Assembly: GCA_903813345.2 (NCBI GenBank)
Contig: CAIIXF020000001.1
Span: forward strand, 7,874,001-7,938,000
Source: Owenia fusiformis
Taxonomy: Eukaryota
Length of the DNA: 64,000 nt
Reading direction: 5' to 3'
Both the position numbers and the translations under genes were made by a program. The notes beneath the pieces are model-generated. The model was not told the origin of the DNA, did not search any database, and saw only the letters and a list, made by a program, of their open reading frames with translations. Positions 26,701 to 40,900 of this stretch are shown here, piece after piece (within the stretch, counting starts at the first letter, position 1; each line of letters starts with the position of its first letter).

Positions 26701-29700
26701 CAATTGTAAATTGTAGGGGGCTAAAAGAGAGAGGGGTATTGCACAATACACACAAAAATGTATGTCTCTATGTATTTAACATTATGAATAGAAAAATCAA
26801 TCTAACTTGAATTGTAAATAAAATAAAAAATCTTCAGTTTCAGGTTGAAAATAAACATGAAATTTGATTTTGATTTTAGAAAATAACGGAGGGTCGTGTT
26901 ATGGCATTCAACCATGAAGTTGTACCAGACTACCTGAGGACTAAACCTCTCCCAGGGGCAGATGAGAAGCAGCTTCAGATCAGCACAAAGACTGGCATGC
27001 CCCCTCAAGATATAATTCAAGTAAGAGTCCCAGTTTTAATTTGGTTGCTTTTTAATTTAAACAATTAGTGAAAATCATGAAACTTTGAAATCTATTTTAG
27101 TGCACGATTTTTGGGTTGCTTTGATAATGTCGATTGAACAATCAGGGTACATATTTATTGAAGCTTATAAATGGGCATGTTTAATTAGGCAATTATCATT
27201 TAAAGTGGCAACTAAAAACAAGACAAGAGACTGTGTGTTCCTTAGCACAGCCCAAAATTTGATGAAATTATGATAAAACTCATTGTGTAGTTCGTAATTT
27301 GAAATCATCCCAACCTAGCAAACTGATCCAAGTATAGCTAATTAGATTACCTTTGGACTTCTTCATCTGTTATTTATGTGATTTCTGTTGCAGAAGCAAG
27401 TGGCCAATTTGAACAAGATTTCCTCCAACTTGGTTGAGTTGATCACATCCAGCAGGGAAGAGTGGGAGAGTGAACAGAGTAAGGAATAATTATCATTACT
27501 GAATACTGAACATTTAATACATCAAAGACTGAAAAATAGGGGGTTGGATATATTGAAAACTTTTAGTTAATCATAGTCTATTTTATAAGATGACATACTG
27601 GCAATGTATTTGCACATGATGCCCTGAGTAAATGGGTGCTGCAGAACCTATATGATATGAATATTTTTTGCTGAGAGTTATGTTCTTATTTGAGTTTTCA
27701 GAAAAATGAGATTGAAGTTGGAAAAGGATCCTTAGGGTTTTCTCTCTCATTTTGTCTAGCTTATTGCAAGTTGATGTTTCTTACGCTTTTGGATTTTGGA
27801 TCATGTTTCCATCGATTTAAGCGCTTTCATCAGGGATGAGGATTTTGACAAAACTGGATTGTCAAATTCCCTACCCTTGGAAAAACCTAGTGAGTCAGTT
27901 TAACCACCCAGGGAATAACTATAACTGGTCAAATATAGTCAAAATGTCTATTACTGAGAATATGTACAGTATTTCATAAGTCTCTACTCAAGGAACAAAG
28001 TTTTATGACAAAATCCTTCCCCCGGGGACGACGTTTCATGTCAAATTACAGACCCTCCTCACATTGGGGATTTACTTTTGAATGTTGCGTAAATAGATAT
28101 GCTTACTTTAAAAATAAATTCTTATTCAGGGAAATTTTCTCAAAGTTACAATAACAGAATAAGTTGAAATGAGATAATCATTGATTATATCAACACCTCT
28201 GATAATAGAGCTCTTTTAGCTAGTCTATAGTCTCAGTGTTAAGATATATTTTATTTCATAATTCTTATAAAGATGGTGCCACCTCTGTTATTTCTTCATT
28301 TATCGTGTTTGACTTGCAACATTGAACTCTGTCAACTAATGAATATGTTTTATCTAAAATCTAAAATTTCTTAGTTGAAACTCAAGTGCAAGGTGTGTGT
28401 AGTATGTAGTCTACATGTAGGAGCCAAATTCTTAATTAATAATGTATACTCACTTTCGCAGTATTTTCTAGACAATCCATCCCAGGACAATTCATCTGGA
28501 GACAACTCTTCCATAAAACATCGCATTCTACGACAACTCATTCCTAGGATAATTCATTCCAAACCAATTCATCCCTAAGACAACTCATCCCTGTTGTAAA
28601 ATTGATAAATAAGCTTGTCCTGTACATTATTGTTATATATAAGTTGTACTTATGTTTATGTTTCTTTATTTTCACCTTAAAGATGAGTACATAAATTAGT
28701 TAAAATTTTAAAAATTACAACTTGTGTATACAGAACGAGAAAATAAATATGAGAATATAAAATAGGCCCATGACATCGTTATAAAATGCGTATGCACAAC
28801 GCCAAAAACATGAGCAACTACATAGGGTAGGATATCTGGATAATACTATGAATGAACACTGGGACTGCATCCCAAAGCATTAGCTCTCGAATTTAGCATA
28901 TTGCATATGCAAAACATTATTTGAATGTACACACAATAATTTAGGAGATCTGCCTTACCAAGTAATATTTCTACCTTCTCTTGCACACAATGATCATGAA
29001 ATACTATGTTTCTGAACATGACATCTTTATTTGAAGCTCTTTCTTCGGACAATTCTGGACATTCTAATAATTTGCCATTCCACATAAAGGACAGTTGCTT
29101 CTATAGTTCAGAGGCGTGACTCCCGTTAACAATTTCACAATTAATTAAATTAAACATTAATTTGAATGCAAATTAGCTTTAAAGTTCTTAAAAAGATTCA
29201 ATCAAAATAACGAATTTCATTTTTCTACAGCATGGATTATGGAGATTTTAAAGAAATAACCCTATAATTAAAAGCTCTTCTAAATGAGATCTATATTCTA
29301 ATATCCGGCATTTTGAGCAGATTACGGTAATAAGGAAATTGAGATTTAATAGCTTACTGACAAGTTAAACTCAAAATAGAGATAGCATGATGCAAGAGAT
29401 TCTCATGCATCTATAATGTCTTGTTTCACTAAATCATTTCAATATTTACCAAATTAAAATTAACAATCCAAATATATAGAGGATATCCTATGATTTATGA
29501 GTGATATGATATATGCACGAGCGAGCGTAGCGAGAGAGTGCAGATATCAATATCCATGAGTGGATTAAAATCATATCACAAGTAAATCATAGGATTTTCT
29601 TTTTATTCCATATTTAAAGTCATCATCAGAATCGTCGGAAATTAAGTGATTTAATTCGAATTTCCCAAACGATCTGATCTGATCTGATCTGATCTGAAGT

Positions 29701-31694
29701 AGCAAAAATCCATAAACCATCGCATACGGCGCCGTATGTCATGGCTAAAAAACCGTATGCTATGGTTAAGTGAAAATTTGTCAAAAATATCATATTTTAC
29801 CACTGATTACAAAAATACCATTTTTTATTTTCACATGTTATCCTATAAATATCACGCTAACTATGGAATAACTAAAAATATGTGGTGGGTAAAAATGAGA
29901 CACATACATTCTATTTAAAAGAACAGATATGAACCAAGTGTCATAAAAAATTGGGGAGTATAAAGTTTGAACATTTTGGTTCATGTAAGATAAATTTCAA
30001 ATCAAACAATTCCTTTTTTCTATATTTTTTCTTTAAGCACGAATGTGACGCATAATCTTGAAAAACAGGTTTAAAAATTGCAGAACCTTTCATAATTTCT
30101 ATACTTTTAGTTATACAATTCTTTATTTCCCCTTATTTTTCCATCATTTTACTCTTATCTTGCCAAAATATCATTGTTATTTATAGCCAAGACAATCTTT
30201 TCTGATCTCATGTTAAGAATAAAATTGTGACAATACTGATTTTTTAGCATAGAAACTTATGTTTAGTGGGCATCTTGTATGAATTGTTCCAAAAACCCCT
30301 GAAAATAAGGGTTTCATTGAAAGAATGGAACTAAGTTATGATTAGGTTGATTATGGATTGAATATCAAGACAGGTTGAGGTTAGAACGACCCATGAATGG
30401 TAGCAAGCGTTAAGGAAGGCATGCATAATTTACAGAACATGTAATTACTTTTCTGAGATTGAGATCATCTATTATCCTACACTTAGTGCACTAAATGTAT
30501 AATAACATCAAAAAATAAATTTGATATTTATTGGCAAAATGAATAACCGGAGGATATCGTGATGATATACTCCGGGCGGAGGATCTCGTGATGATATACT
30601 CCGGAAACCCCAATATGCGGAGGATATTGTGACGATATACTCCGCTTGTTGATTTCCCGCCAAATTGACTCTATTTGGCAAGAAATTCATTTTGCAATGA
30701 TATTATACATTTAGAACACTCCTTGTAAATGTAGGATAATAAGAACATCCTATGATTTTTTTCAGAATATCATTTTAATCTACTCGGTGATATTAATATA
30801 TGCACTCGTTCGCTTTGCTCTCTCGTGCAGGTATCAATATCACCTCGTAGATAAAAATGATATTCTTCAAAATCATAGGATATCCTATAATTATCACAGA
30901 TACAGAGACAGACATATTAGACATTAGACAGATAACTTTAATATTTCTCTGAAGTATGTACAGTATAAATAAAGATATTTCATGCCCAACCAGCAAAGTG
31001 TGCTAATTGCTGAAATGTATTTGTAATTCGAACATAACTGTATTCACGCCTTCTATAAACCCAGTATTTATTCATACATATAATACTTGGTCTGTTCCAA
31101 GTGTTTCGTTCAGTGCTGAATGTTAAACTGGAAGTAGGAAATAAAGTGATGATTTTGCCAAATTTTAGTGGCATGAATAATATTGTTATGACATGATGTA
31201 ATTTTAGACACAAAATCCCAGCTACCTCAAACAACATCCCAAGATGATACGCATAGTCTCATTGGGGCCACTAATTTTGGTAAAGGCTTAAAGCAGATGG
31301 AAAGACGACGCATGACAGGAGGACCCCAAGGTCCACCCCAGCAACAGTCGCAGCAACCTCCCCCAGGTATTTATTTATTTAATGGGATAGTCACTGTAAT
31401 ATTCTCCCAATGCACCTATTATAACATATATTGGTCACTCTATGTTGGAATTGATCATCGTGTATTAATGTAGTTAGAATTTACATTCTCTTCCAAGTTT
31501 TAAAACCTTTTTCCTCATTGAATTTTATTTTAAATGGTAGTCGTGTTTGATTTTTTATTCAAAAACCAGTGAAATTGGACTTATTTTCTTATTTTTCAGC
31601 TCCTGCACCGACCATCAATGTAAATAAAGCCCCAAGTGCAATTAAAACAAACATTAAGGCTGCATCAAGTTCACATCCATACTCAAGATCTTAG
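23715..31694 (+). CDS. MED8: Mediator of RNA polymerase II transcription subunit 8, 252 aa, 7 exons
   Basis: Exons 23715-23720 (ATGCAG|gt), 25872-25999, 26508-26652, 26880-27020, 27394-27478, 31208-31366 and 31600-31694 total 759 nt in consistent phase. Protein: [62 protein letters not shown]...[21 protein letters not shown]...FGKGL...[22 protein letters not shown], with hallmark MED8 motifs. Confidence 0.95.
24438..24610 (+). repeat. 15-bp degenerate tandem repeat (GATTCGGACCATTGG); related arrays at 25660-25820 (+) and 24190-24243 (-)
   Basis: About 11 units are visible. Arrays end in ATGGTGTGTCCTC / ATGGGGTGACCCC, consistent with remnants of a repeat-bearing MITE family. Confidence 0.75.
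24655..25640. mobile_element. Old inverted-repeat element in MED8 intron 1 containing an inner CAC...GTG foldback (24750-25386)
   Basis: Outer arms: ~24661-24746 vs ~25544-25626 (CATCAGTGGATGAGAG / CTCTCATCCACTGATG). Inner arms: CACTGGTCAGTAT...GTTCAACAATATC (24750-~24995) vs GATATTGTTGAAC...ATACTGACCAGTG (~25150-25386). Confidence 0.75.
29476..30889. mobile_element. Two opposed copies of a ~400-bp interspersed non-autonomous element in MED8 intron 5
   Basis: AGGATATCCTATGATTT...GCACGAGCGAGCGTAGCGAGAGAGTGCA (from 29479) vs TGCACTCGTTCGCTTTGCTCTCTCGTGC...AAATCATAGGATATCCT (to ~30887). Confidence 0.6.
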
Positions 31695-31965
31695 AACTGG
31701 CTTGTCCACAATGTAACATAGTACTCAAGATCTTAGGACTGGGTCATGGTACATGGTACCTAAGATTTTAAGACTGGCTCGCCCCTGTGCATAGTACTTT
31801 GAGAGATCTTAGGACTGACCCATCCCCTATGCACATTATACTCAAGATCTTTGGACCATCTCTTATGTACATAAAATATTGCAAAAATATATCGGGAACA
31901 GGCCATCCCCTATGTGCAAAGTACTCAAGATGTTAGGCCTGGTCTATCTACAATGTACATAGTAC
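31678..31965 (+). repeat. ~40-bp degenerate tandem repeat overlapping the MED8 stop codon and 3' UTR
   Basis: TACTCAAGATCTTAGGACTGG...CATAG-like unit, about 6-7 copies. The first copy contains the codons Y-S-R-S-stop. Confidence 0.75.
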
Positions 31966-32759
31966 ACATTTTTGTGAAATGAGGCATGCAATACACAATT
32001 CAGGTGTTTTGAATCCTATATGTAGAACATAATGTTGAGACTCGATAAACTTGAGATAATGAGGATTTTGTATGTATCCCCATGATGACATACATGATGA
32101 TATGCAGCTGTTAAGTCAGTTGTACTCCTATGTTAAGTCAATACACTTTTGCCGAAATTTTCTCAGTGCTAGTGCTTTCCTGGTGTAACACGGCCATTTT
32201 TTAAGTCAACCAATTGTGACCACTTGAGTGTTGAGAGAACACTTTAGAGAGAATACAGGCTCTTTATTGTGTATTACAGATTACCACATCGAATAGACCT
32301 TTTCAGTGGTTGTTTTGTCAGTCAAGAAGTATGAACTTTTCAGAGGTTATTTACCAGAAGGGATTGAATATGAGATCTGATTCGAGGGATGCGCGACTCT
32401 TCCTTTTAGCGTCTCAGTAAATATGATATTGGTCTAGAGAAATAAAATGCATATTTCATCCCAATGGATATCAAATAATCTTTTTATTATCCCTTGAAAT
32501 GCATCACTGTTTCGTCAATTACAAAACCAAACTTTTCTCAACAAACTTTTTAGCATATTTGAAAATAACAATATTGTACAATTTTAACACCTAAATTCAA
32601 CAATACACAGTAAAACTGCAACAGCATATAGTATAGAGTGTTCTGTTATTTTTATAATATTAAGCTTATTGCTTTAACCTGTTTGTCATAGAGCAGGATG
32701 ATGGAATCACTGCAACTGCCTACATTTAATACATGTAATAGGTTTAGAACAACTCCTGA

Positions 32760-33270
32760 GGATTTACATTATGACATAGCTATATTGAATATTCCCCCAG
32801 ATATATTGTATATTCCATACCTACTGAGGTTCTAGTTATTTACGAGCAGGAATATATAGTGTATCTATGCCAAGGTTCGGGACTGGGATGGATTCAGGCT
32901 GTTTCCATCATCCCGATCCTGCTCCTGAAAAGCAAACTCAATTTATTATGTTTGTTTTTCTTACGCATACAAAAAGTTCTCTAATATATTATATGTGCTG
33001 CATATTTTAAATTTTGATATCAATTCATTGATCTGCTCCTGCAATATATGAGTGTCAAAATCTCACAAATAAAAAAAACTACTTTTTAAGATGAAGAAAT
33101 TGCATATCTTTTTGAATTTAGGAACTTTATGGAACTTTATAGGTATGGAACACATATGCTGTGTACAGTTGGCTATATATGGTCCCTATAGAGATACACA
33201 TATCTTCCTTTGGAAAAACCCTCTATCCAAAACCTCCCAGTACTTATCCCATGGTTACAAGGATATAGTT
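32760..33270 (+). mobile_element. Interspersed repeat; a reverse-orientation copy lies at ~49945-50470
   Basis: Shared blocks: CCTGAAAAGCAAACTCAA, TTGATCTGCTCC-GCAATATATGA-TGT-AAAATCTCACAAA and TATCCAAAACCTCCCAGTAC. Confidence 0.7.
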
Positions 33271-34754
33271 TGAATATCAGGTGAAGATATATTTGATATG
33301 TGGATCAAGATATCATATTTTAGCAAAAAATCCACAAACCATCGAATATCACTTCTCAAACCATCGAATAACACTTCTCAAACCATCGAATATCACTTCT
33401 CAAAAAGTGATATTCGATGGTTTCAAAAGTGATATTCGATGGTTTAGATTTTTTCAATAATTTTTTCTCAAATTTTTTTTCAAGATTTTCTTAAAAAAAT
33501 GTTTTAGATTTTTTCCTTCAAATTTTGTTTTCAAAATCCTTTTTCTAAATCTTTTTTAAACATTTTTTTAAACATTTTTTCGCTTGGTTAAAATTTATGT
33601 ATCAACATTTCAATATTACAAATACTCCTCAGTGTTATTCACCAGGGATGAGAAGTCTCATGGGATAAATAATGATATATGCCAGTACCATTTCTTGACT
33701 GATATCTAATCAACAGGGATTGATAGTTAATGTATAATTATGATGTTATCGTAGTATTCACTAATCATGTTGAACAATAATAAACTGATAAAAAATAAGA
33801 TGCAGAACTCTCTGTCTCTCTACAGATCTTACACAGTAGTAGTGTTTTATGTACCCCAATGGTTATGTTACAATGTCTGTAAGAATACCAATCTATATTG
33901 ACATATGGTACATGTACGTTAGATAGTTTGCCAAAACTTTGAGACAATACTACATCGATAAATCTATCTTCCTGTAGAATTTTAAGCGAATGGACCAAAA
34001 ATGTGATTTTTTACAAAAATGGCTGCTTTTTAAAACAAGGTGACAAATAAATCATTTGTTGACAGACGAATATAATTAAAATGTCCAAGAAGCTATTTCA
34101 CATCAGCTTATAAAATTTGAGCTAAATCTGATAACTACTTCAGTCATTGCCCTGAGACAGGGATAGATGAACTTTTGAACATAGATATCTTGCAATATAG
34201 ATACACTGTCCCATGCTTGAATTTCATTGATTGTGGTGATTAATCTTAATTTATAGCAGTTGAAATAATTACAAAAGCCATACTATATATGATTACTGTA
34301 CAATTAATACCCAGTCACCTGGGAGTTGAACCCAGCCCAAGTATTGTTACATACTTGGTGTGCCCACACGACTGATGGATATGTAACTGTACATCTTTGT
34401 ATTTCTATGTGACAAATTACTTTTGCTGTATCATGGGGGTCATTTTCAAAAATAAGTCAAATTGCAAATATATCATGGATAAGTATAACCAATCTGATAC
34501 AATCAATAGGTTAAATCAATATGAAAAATACTTTGTGAAATCATTGTGTGTGTCACATTGCAAAGTTTTGGCTAAAATCAAGTTCTTGCAAAATTTGTGG
34601 AGACCCAAAATAAAACTGTGAAACCCGGAAGGCTGAAAAGCCCACTCAATTACTAAAATATCTGATTTGGAATCACTATTAATGTTTTATGTTATTAAAA
34701 ACAACAACAAATTAATGTTTTATTTTATTAAAAACAACAACAAAAAGCTGATCA

Positions 34755-35313
34755 CAAAAATGAGGTAAAAGTAGAAGTAATGACTAATGTTTACCAGTAT
34801 GGACCCTCATAAAAAAAGATATGGTATTAATCAATCAAAAATGAGGTAGAAGTAATGACTAATGTTTACCAGTATGGACCCTCATAAAAAAGGTATGGCA
34901 TCAATCAATCAAAAATGAGGTAAAAGTAGAAGTAATGACTAATGTTTACCAGTATGGACCCTCATAAAAAAGATATGGCATCAATCAATCAAAAATGAGG
35001 TAAAAGTAGAAGTAATGACTAATGTTTACCAGTACGGACCCTCATAAAAAAGATATGGCATCGATCAATCAAAAATGAGGTAAAAGTAGAAGTAATGACT
35101 AATGTTTACCAGTACGGACCCTCATAAAAAAGATATGGCATCAATCAATCAAAAATGAGGTAAAGGTAGAAGTAATGACTAATGTTTACCAGTACGGACC
35201 CTCATAAAAAAGATATGGCATCAATCAATCAAAAATGAGGTAAAAGTAGAAGTAATGACTAATGTTTACCAGTATGGACCCTCATAAAAAAGATATGGTA
35301 TCAATCAATCAAA
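34755..35313. repeat. 80-bp tandem repeat, ~7 copies
   Basis: CAAAAATGAGGTAAAAGTAGAAGTAATGACTAATGTTTACCAGTAYGGACCCTCATAAAAAAGATATGGCATCAATCAAT, with period 80 (34910, 34990, 35070, 35150, 35230). Confidence 0.95.
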
Positions 35314-38227
35314 TGATTGGCAGTTTTCTGAGACCGTGTGAGCCAAAATGAAGCAAAAGTGGGCATAGAAGGAATAGAGTCGTGATTTCAGAATTTTATT
35401 CCCAGTTTCATTTTTAACAATACCTCATATTTACATTTGATAAATATGTCATATTTTTTACTTCTCAATAGGTGGGCCCTTTCAGACCCCCCCCCCCCCC
35501 ACCTCTTAGTCAATTCACAGATCCATCATTAAACAATATGAACACAATTAATTAAATTAATGAATATGGAGACTTAAGTTATGATTGGTCCCTTATGTTT
35601 CTGCATATCATAATACAACAATGCCTCTAAACATACATATTGACAATAACAACATGATCCAAAGACCTTTTCACATATTTGCCCTGAGGTATATCATCAA
35701 TACTGAATATCAGGTATACAAGACATTTGTAATTACCGACAATTCCATACATAGTTGTCATAGATTATTAATTAGAGAGGATCTTTGTTTCCCTGCAGGA
35801 CCTTTTGTATATTTCTAACGCATTATATCTAATTGAAAGTGGTTCATGTGAAGCTGTACCACATGTTCCCTTACCAAACACTGATGAATCATGATATAAC
35901 AATTACAGAAGCTATAGACAGCAGATATTCTTAGCTTCCTTATGTCACCATATCACATGTTCACCAGACAGGATGAGCCTCCCATTTTAGTTTTAGGTCA
36001 CAGCTTTCAAACTGAGCCTTAAACAATAGCATTTTCTTCATACCATAAAACAATACATGGCTGAATTTCCATCAAAATCCCCATTGCCTGTTAACCTTTC
36101 TCATCCCAATTGATTGGCCTCTCTCTGTATATTGGGCCCATGTGGTCTAGGGAAAAAATGCTCATTTCCTGCGCGGTCATACCATGGTTTGACTCCCGTC
36201 TTATCCGAAATGATCTTTTATTTTTTGTTGTGCTTTTATTCTGCACTGGAAATACTGTTATTAACGATGTCATTTTAATATATAGGTATTCATAATCTTG
36301 TCAGTTGTTCAATTTATAAAAATAAAAATACATCCAAATATTGCGTTTTACATAAAGATCAGACTTTAAGAGAAAACAATGTTGAATTCGGTTCATCATT
36401 TGGTTACCAATCCTTTTGATCTTTCAAATATTGTCCTTAAATGTCATATTGAATGTGCCATTTAAATGGTTTAGCAAAAACGTTGCACCTAAAGTGACAT
36501 CATTGTGATGTCATTTAGGGTGCAAAATTGTTTTGAATAAAATGCAATTTTTTTTCTATGTCACACTTTCCTTTAAATGTTAATCTTTTTAAATAATCAA
36601 ATGTTGATTGTCTAACTAAGTTGAAAAGAAAAAAATATTTTGCTTTTAAAATTTTGAAATGCATTTCTCTGAACTACTTCCATGCATGGATGAGTTAATT
36701 TCTTGCTTATTTATCAACCAATTTTCTTAATTTTTTCGACAAAAGACACATGAGGATGAATATTATGCATTGTTCTGATTTACTGGTTAATTAAAGATAT
36801 GTCCTTTAAAAACTACTTTTTGAAATTTAAAAAAGATGTTTCACATATTACATTTTGATAACATTGGATACGACTTCAATATAAGCCAAAATGGTTTAAA
36901 CTTTATATAGGGCCTTTAAACATGAAAACATTAAAAATTGTAGCCAGAAGGGAAAATTGAGCCTTTAGTGCCACGTAATATACCAAACACTGCAAGATAA
37001 GGGAGTCAACCTGGTGTGAAATGCAATCTCAAATGGTTTTTGGTATAAATGTCCCATCAATAGGCAATGGTATGGGTTTAATGTATATAAATCATTAATG
37101 AAGTGGTACACCACTCTCAGACTACAAAGTTATTACATGAAAGCCCAATCCACTTTATTCTATAATGAATATTTCCATTTGTACATTCCTATTTAATGTA
37201 GCACAGAATTGCTGACTGATTCATTGCTATTTTATATTCTACAGCTCTCATTACACTTGACTGGTGGTGTAATTACTTTCTCTGCCAAGGTCATAGCTTC
37301 ATGTTTCAGGTTTGAACATTCTTTGATAACTTTGTAGATCAAAGATATTCATATTATCTTTTAAGTGTCCAGGGAGCCATGTGACGAGCAAGAATTAATA
37401 AGAGAAAGATTGTACTATGTCTACATAGGCACTCATTGCTACTTGACATGACAGCAATCTAATGAGCAAATTGTCATTTTGATTTGCTAACTGATATTAT
37501 GGGGACATGGAATAAAATGTTTGTAATAAAGTTTATACCCAAGCAAAACTTGATGTTAAAATAAGTCAATAAACACAGCCTGTCTAACAATCAAATTATT
37601 TTAAAACTGGCATTTTCAGTTGAAGAGGCAAGCCACAAGATTTCAAGGCATATAAAACTGATGCAGGTAGAAGTAAACATTACTTTAATCACTGCAATTA
37701 GTAACACAATAACCCAACTTTCATAAATAAATGTCATAAATTAATGTTTTTATCCCAATTTATTTAAACCTGCGCCTTTCTTTAAAACGCAATATTTGGA
37801 CATATATTATTTTTACATTTACATACAAGTGAAAAGATTATGAATACTTAAATATTAAGTCAATGTAGTAATAAATTGGTTTTCTGTGTTATATCAAAGC
37901 ACAATCATTGAGTTAAAAAAAGAACAAGCTGACGACAATATTGTAACTTTTTTTAGGTACAATAAAAACGTTTGGACTTATAGAACCTTTAGATCCCCCC
38001 GTAGTTTAAGATCATCTAGTTTCACCTATGGACTGATATTCAAACCACCAAAAGCCTCTAGACAATGCCATTAATACAGATTATGGATTTAAAATGGCCA
38101 TTTGACTCTGTGAGAAGAATTGAAATGCTTTTCATTTTGACATATATGAAGACAAACTGATGTCTGAAATCAATTAATTTATCAGTTGGTAGAGTCGCTA
38201 AAGTAAATGCTTACAGTTTAGCGCAAA

Positions 38228-38373
38228 GCTTTATACGAATGTGAAAGTATAAGTGAGATTATACTGCAAGTGAAACTAAGTTATTATACAATATATTTAT
38301 GAATTTGTTTTATACGAATGTGAAAATATAAGTGAGATTATACTGCAAGTGAAACTAAGTTATTATACAATAT
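38228..38373. repeat. 79-bp tandem repeat, left part (split by the LTR element)
   Basis: About 1.8 copies of TTATACGAATGTGAAAATATAAGTGAGATTATACTGCAAGTGAAACTAAGTTATTATACAATATATTTATGAATTTGTT. Confidence 0.9.
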
Positions 38374-39257
38374 TGTGGGAAATTTAGAAATTCCCCACTT
38401 ATTTTTTATTTTAATTAAAATGTAATAATCTTTGGTCAATTAAGAAGTTTGTTTTTATATGTCAGTAACACTTCATGTGCTAAGAGTAAACTAAGAGTAA
38501 GTGCAAATCTCAAAGAGTAACTTAGGAGTAACCATGAACTCAAGGAGTAAGCTGGGAGTAAGAGTAAGAGTAACCTTACTCTTTGCTTGTGCGGGAACCC
38601 TTGCCCTGGAATTGGTCAACCCATAGGAGAAATAGGCCACATGGTTATGAGTCATCAGCAATTAGAAGCTACTTGATTGACATTGCCATGGTGATTTCCC
38701 ACAATGCATCACCAAATGCAGTAAACACACCAGCTTAGTCCAGCTGTAGCCAATCAGATCGCTTCCTTATGCATCTCATTAGAGGGTTGAGACAGCACAT
38801 GATCTGATCACCTGATGTTAGTCTGGCTGGAGTAGTTGAAGTGTAAGGACCTGTAGTGTCATTTACAGAAGCTGGCTCAAGAAGTTGATGGAAGATTGTG
38901 ATTTTCCTGGTGGAATTGATGTCAATTCAAGGAGTGTTGAACTCTCAAAAGGAGGATAGAGTTTAACCAAGTGACGGACGGAGTTTATTGGATTATTTCA
39001 CACTGTTTGTGGCTGAAACAGACAGTGACACGTGGATATTTAGCCATTTGGCCAGAGATGTTATTGGCGTCCAGGGAGAGCTGCTAGGGAGATTGCAGTC
39101 TAGAGGCGCTTAGAGGACGTTTGTCAGAGTTTGTGAGTGTTAATCTAGTTTTATAATTCCTTTTTGTGATAGAATTGAAAGGTTTTAACTTGATTCTTTG
39201 TAATTCAGCGTTGATGTTGGCGGTTGCATCATACAGTTCCCACAATCCCTTGAAAGC

Positions 39258-39324
39258 CCGCCATCTTGGATGACTTCCGGTCCACGTGTAATTCCGCCAT
39301 CTTGTATGACTTCCGGTTCACGTG
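39258..39324. promoter_or_regulatory. Duplicated 36-bp module with YY1-like, ETS-like and E-box motifs inside the LTR (also 45444-45510)
   Basis: CCGCCATCTT-x-ATGACTTCCGGT-y-CACGTG occurs twice. Motif matches only; function untested. Confidence 0.45.
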
Positions 39325-39589
39325 TGGCTCAAGTCTAATCTCAGAATTTGATTGACATTCTTGAGTCTCACCAAGAGCAAGTCTATTTGTGGGGTAGCAG
39401 ATTTATTTCCATGTGACTGGTAATTTGGGTCTAATCTCATAATTTGATTGATATTCCCGAATTACTTGTCTGGAGGAGTGTTTTTGGAACAACAGGGATT
39501 CCAACTGAAGTGATCGTTTTATTTCCTTTGAGGGCAGATAGTTGGGTCTAATCTCAGAATTTGATCGATATTCCCAATCTATTCGCCAA

Positions 39590-40900
39590 GAGGAGTAAAG
39601 AGGAGTAATCCAGAGGAAAGAAGAGTAGCCTGGGCTGAAGAAGAGTAACCCTGAGTAGAGCAGACGAAGGAAGAGTAAATCGGAGTCCTCATCGCAGAGT
39701 AGAGGCGAGCGGAGTAAAGAAGAGTAACCCAGGCTGAAGAAGAGTAACCCTGAGTAGAGCAGACGAAGGAAGAGTAAATCAGAGTCCTCATCGCAGAGTA
39801 GAGGCGAGCGGAGTAAAGAAGAGTAACCCAGGCTGAAGAAGAGTAACCCTGAGTAGAGCAGACGAAGGAAGAGTAAATCAGAGTCCTCATCGCAGAGTAG
39901 AGGCGAGCGGAGTAAAGAAGAGTAATCCAGGCTGAAGAAGAGTAATCCTGAGTAGAGCAGAGCAGAGTAAAGAGTAAAGCAGAGTGGATAGCAGAGACGA
40001 GGGTAGAGCAAAGAGTAAGCAGAGCAGAGCAGATTAAAGAGTAACCAGGGCAGAACAGAGTAAACCAGAGCAGAGCGGAGTAAAGAGTAAGCAGAGCAGA
40101 ACCAAAAGGAGTAAAGAGTAACCAGAGCAGAATAGAGAGAAAGCAGAACAGAGCAGATAGGAGTAGAGAGTAACCAGAGCAGAGAAGATAGGAGTAAAGA
40201 GTAAGCAGAGCAGATAGGAGTAAAGAGTAACCAGAGAAGATAGGAGTAAAGAGTAAGCAGAGCAGATAGGAGTAAAGAGTAACCAGAGCAGAATCTGAGT
40301 AAGCAGAGCAGATAGGAGTAAAGAGTAAGCAGAGCAGAGCAGATAGGAGTAGAGAGTAATCAGAGCAGAATCCTGAGTAAGCAGAGCAGAGCAGATAGGA
40401 GTAAAGAGTAAGCAGAGTAGAATAAAGAGTAAGCAGAGCAGAACAGGGGAAAGAGTAAGCAGAGCAGTGCAGAGTAAAGAGTAAGCAGAACAGAATAAAG
40501 AGTAAGCAGAGCTGAACAGGGGAAAGAGTAAGCAGAGCAGAACAGAAAGGAGTAAAGAGTAACCTGAGCAGAACAGAGTAAATCAGAGCAGAGAGGAGTA
40601 AAGAGTAACCAGAACAGAATAGAGAGTAAGCAGAGCAGAGCGGAATAAAGAATAACCAGAGCAGACCAGAGTAAAGCAGAGCAGAGCGGAATAAAGAGTA
40701 ACCAGAGCAGAACAGAGTAAAGTAGAGCAGAGCGGAATAAAGAGTAACCAGAGCAGAATAAAGAGTAAGCAGAGCAGAACAGAGTGAAACTAAAGCAGAG
40801 TAAATGATGTCAGAGAACAGAAGAGTAAAGCAGAGTAACCCCTGAGCAGAGTGAAGAAGAGTAAAAGTAGAGCAGAGTGCAAACAAGAGAAGAGCAACAA
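39590..40900 (+). repeat. Purine-rich GAGTA/GAGCA low-complexity array inside the LTR, including three 99-bp units (also ~45776-47086)
   Basis: 99-bp units start at 39643, 39742 and 39841, followed by ~950 bp of AGAGC/GAGTAA permutations. Confidence 0.9.

Noticed and set aside
39403-40886. Minus-strand 202-aa and 435-aa Leu/Ser/Tyr-rich ORFs (duplicated at 45589-47072) as membrane or env-like proteins
   Set aside because: They are the antisense reading of the purine-rich GAGTA/GAGCA array, whose composition nearly excludes TTA/CTA/TCA (antisense stops). They start at non-ATG codons and have no recognisable domain.
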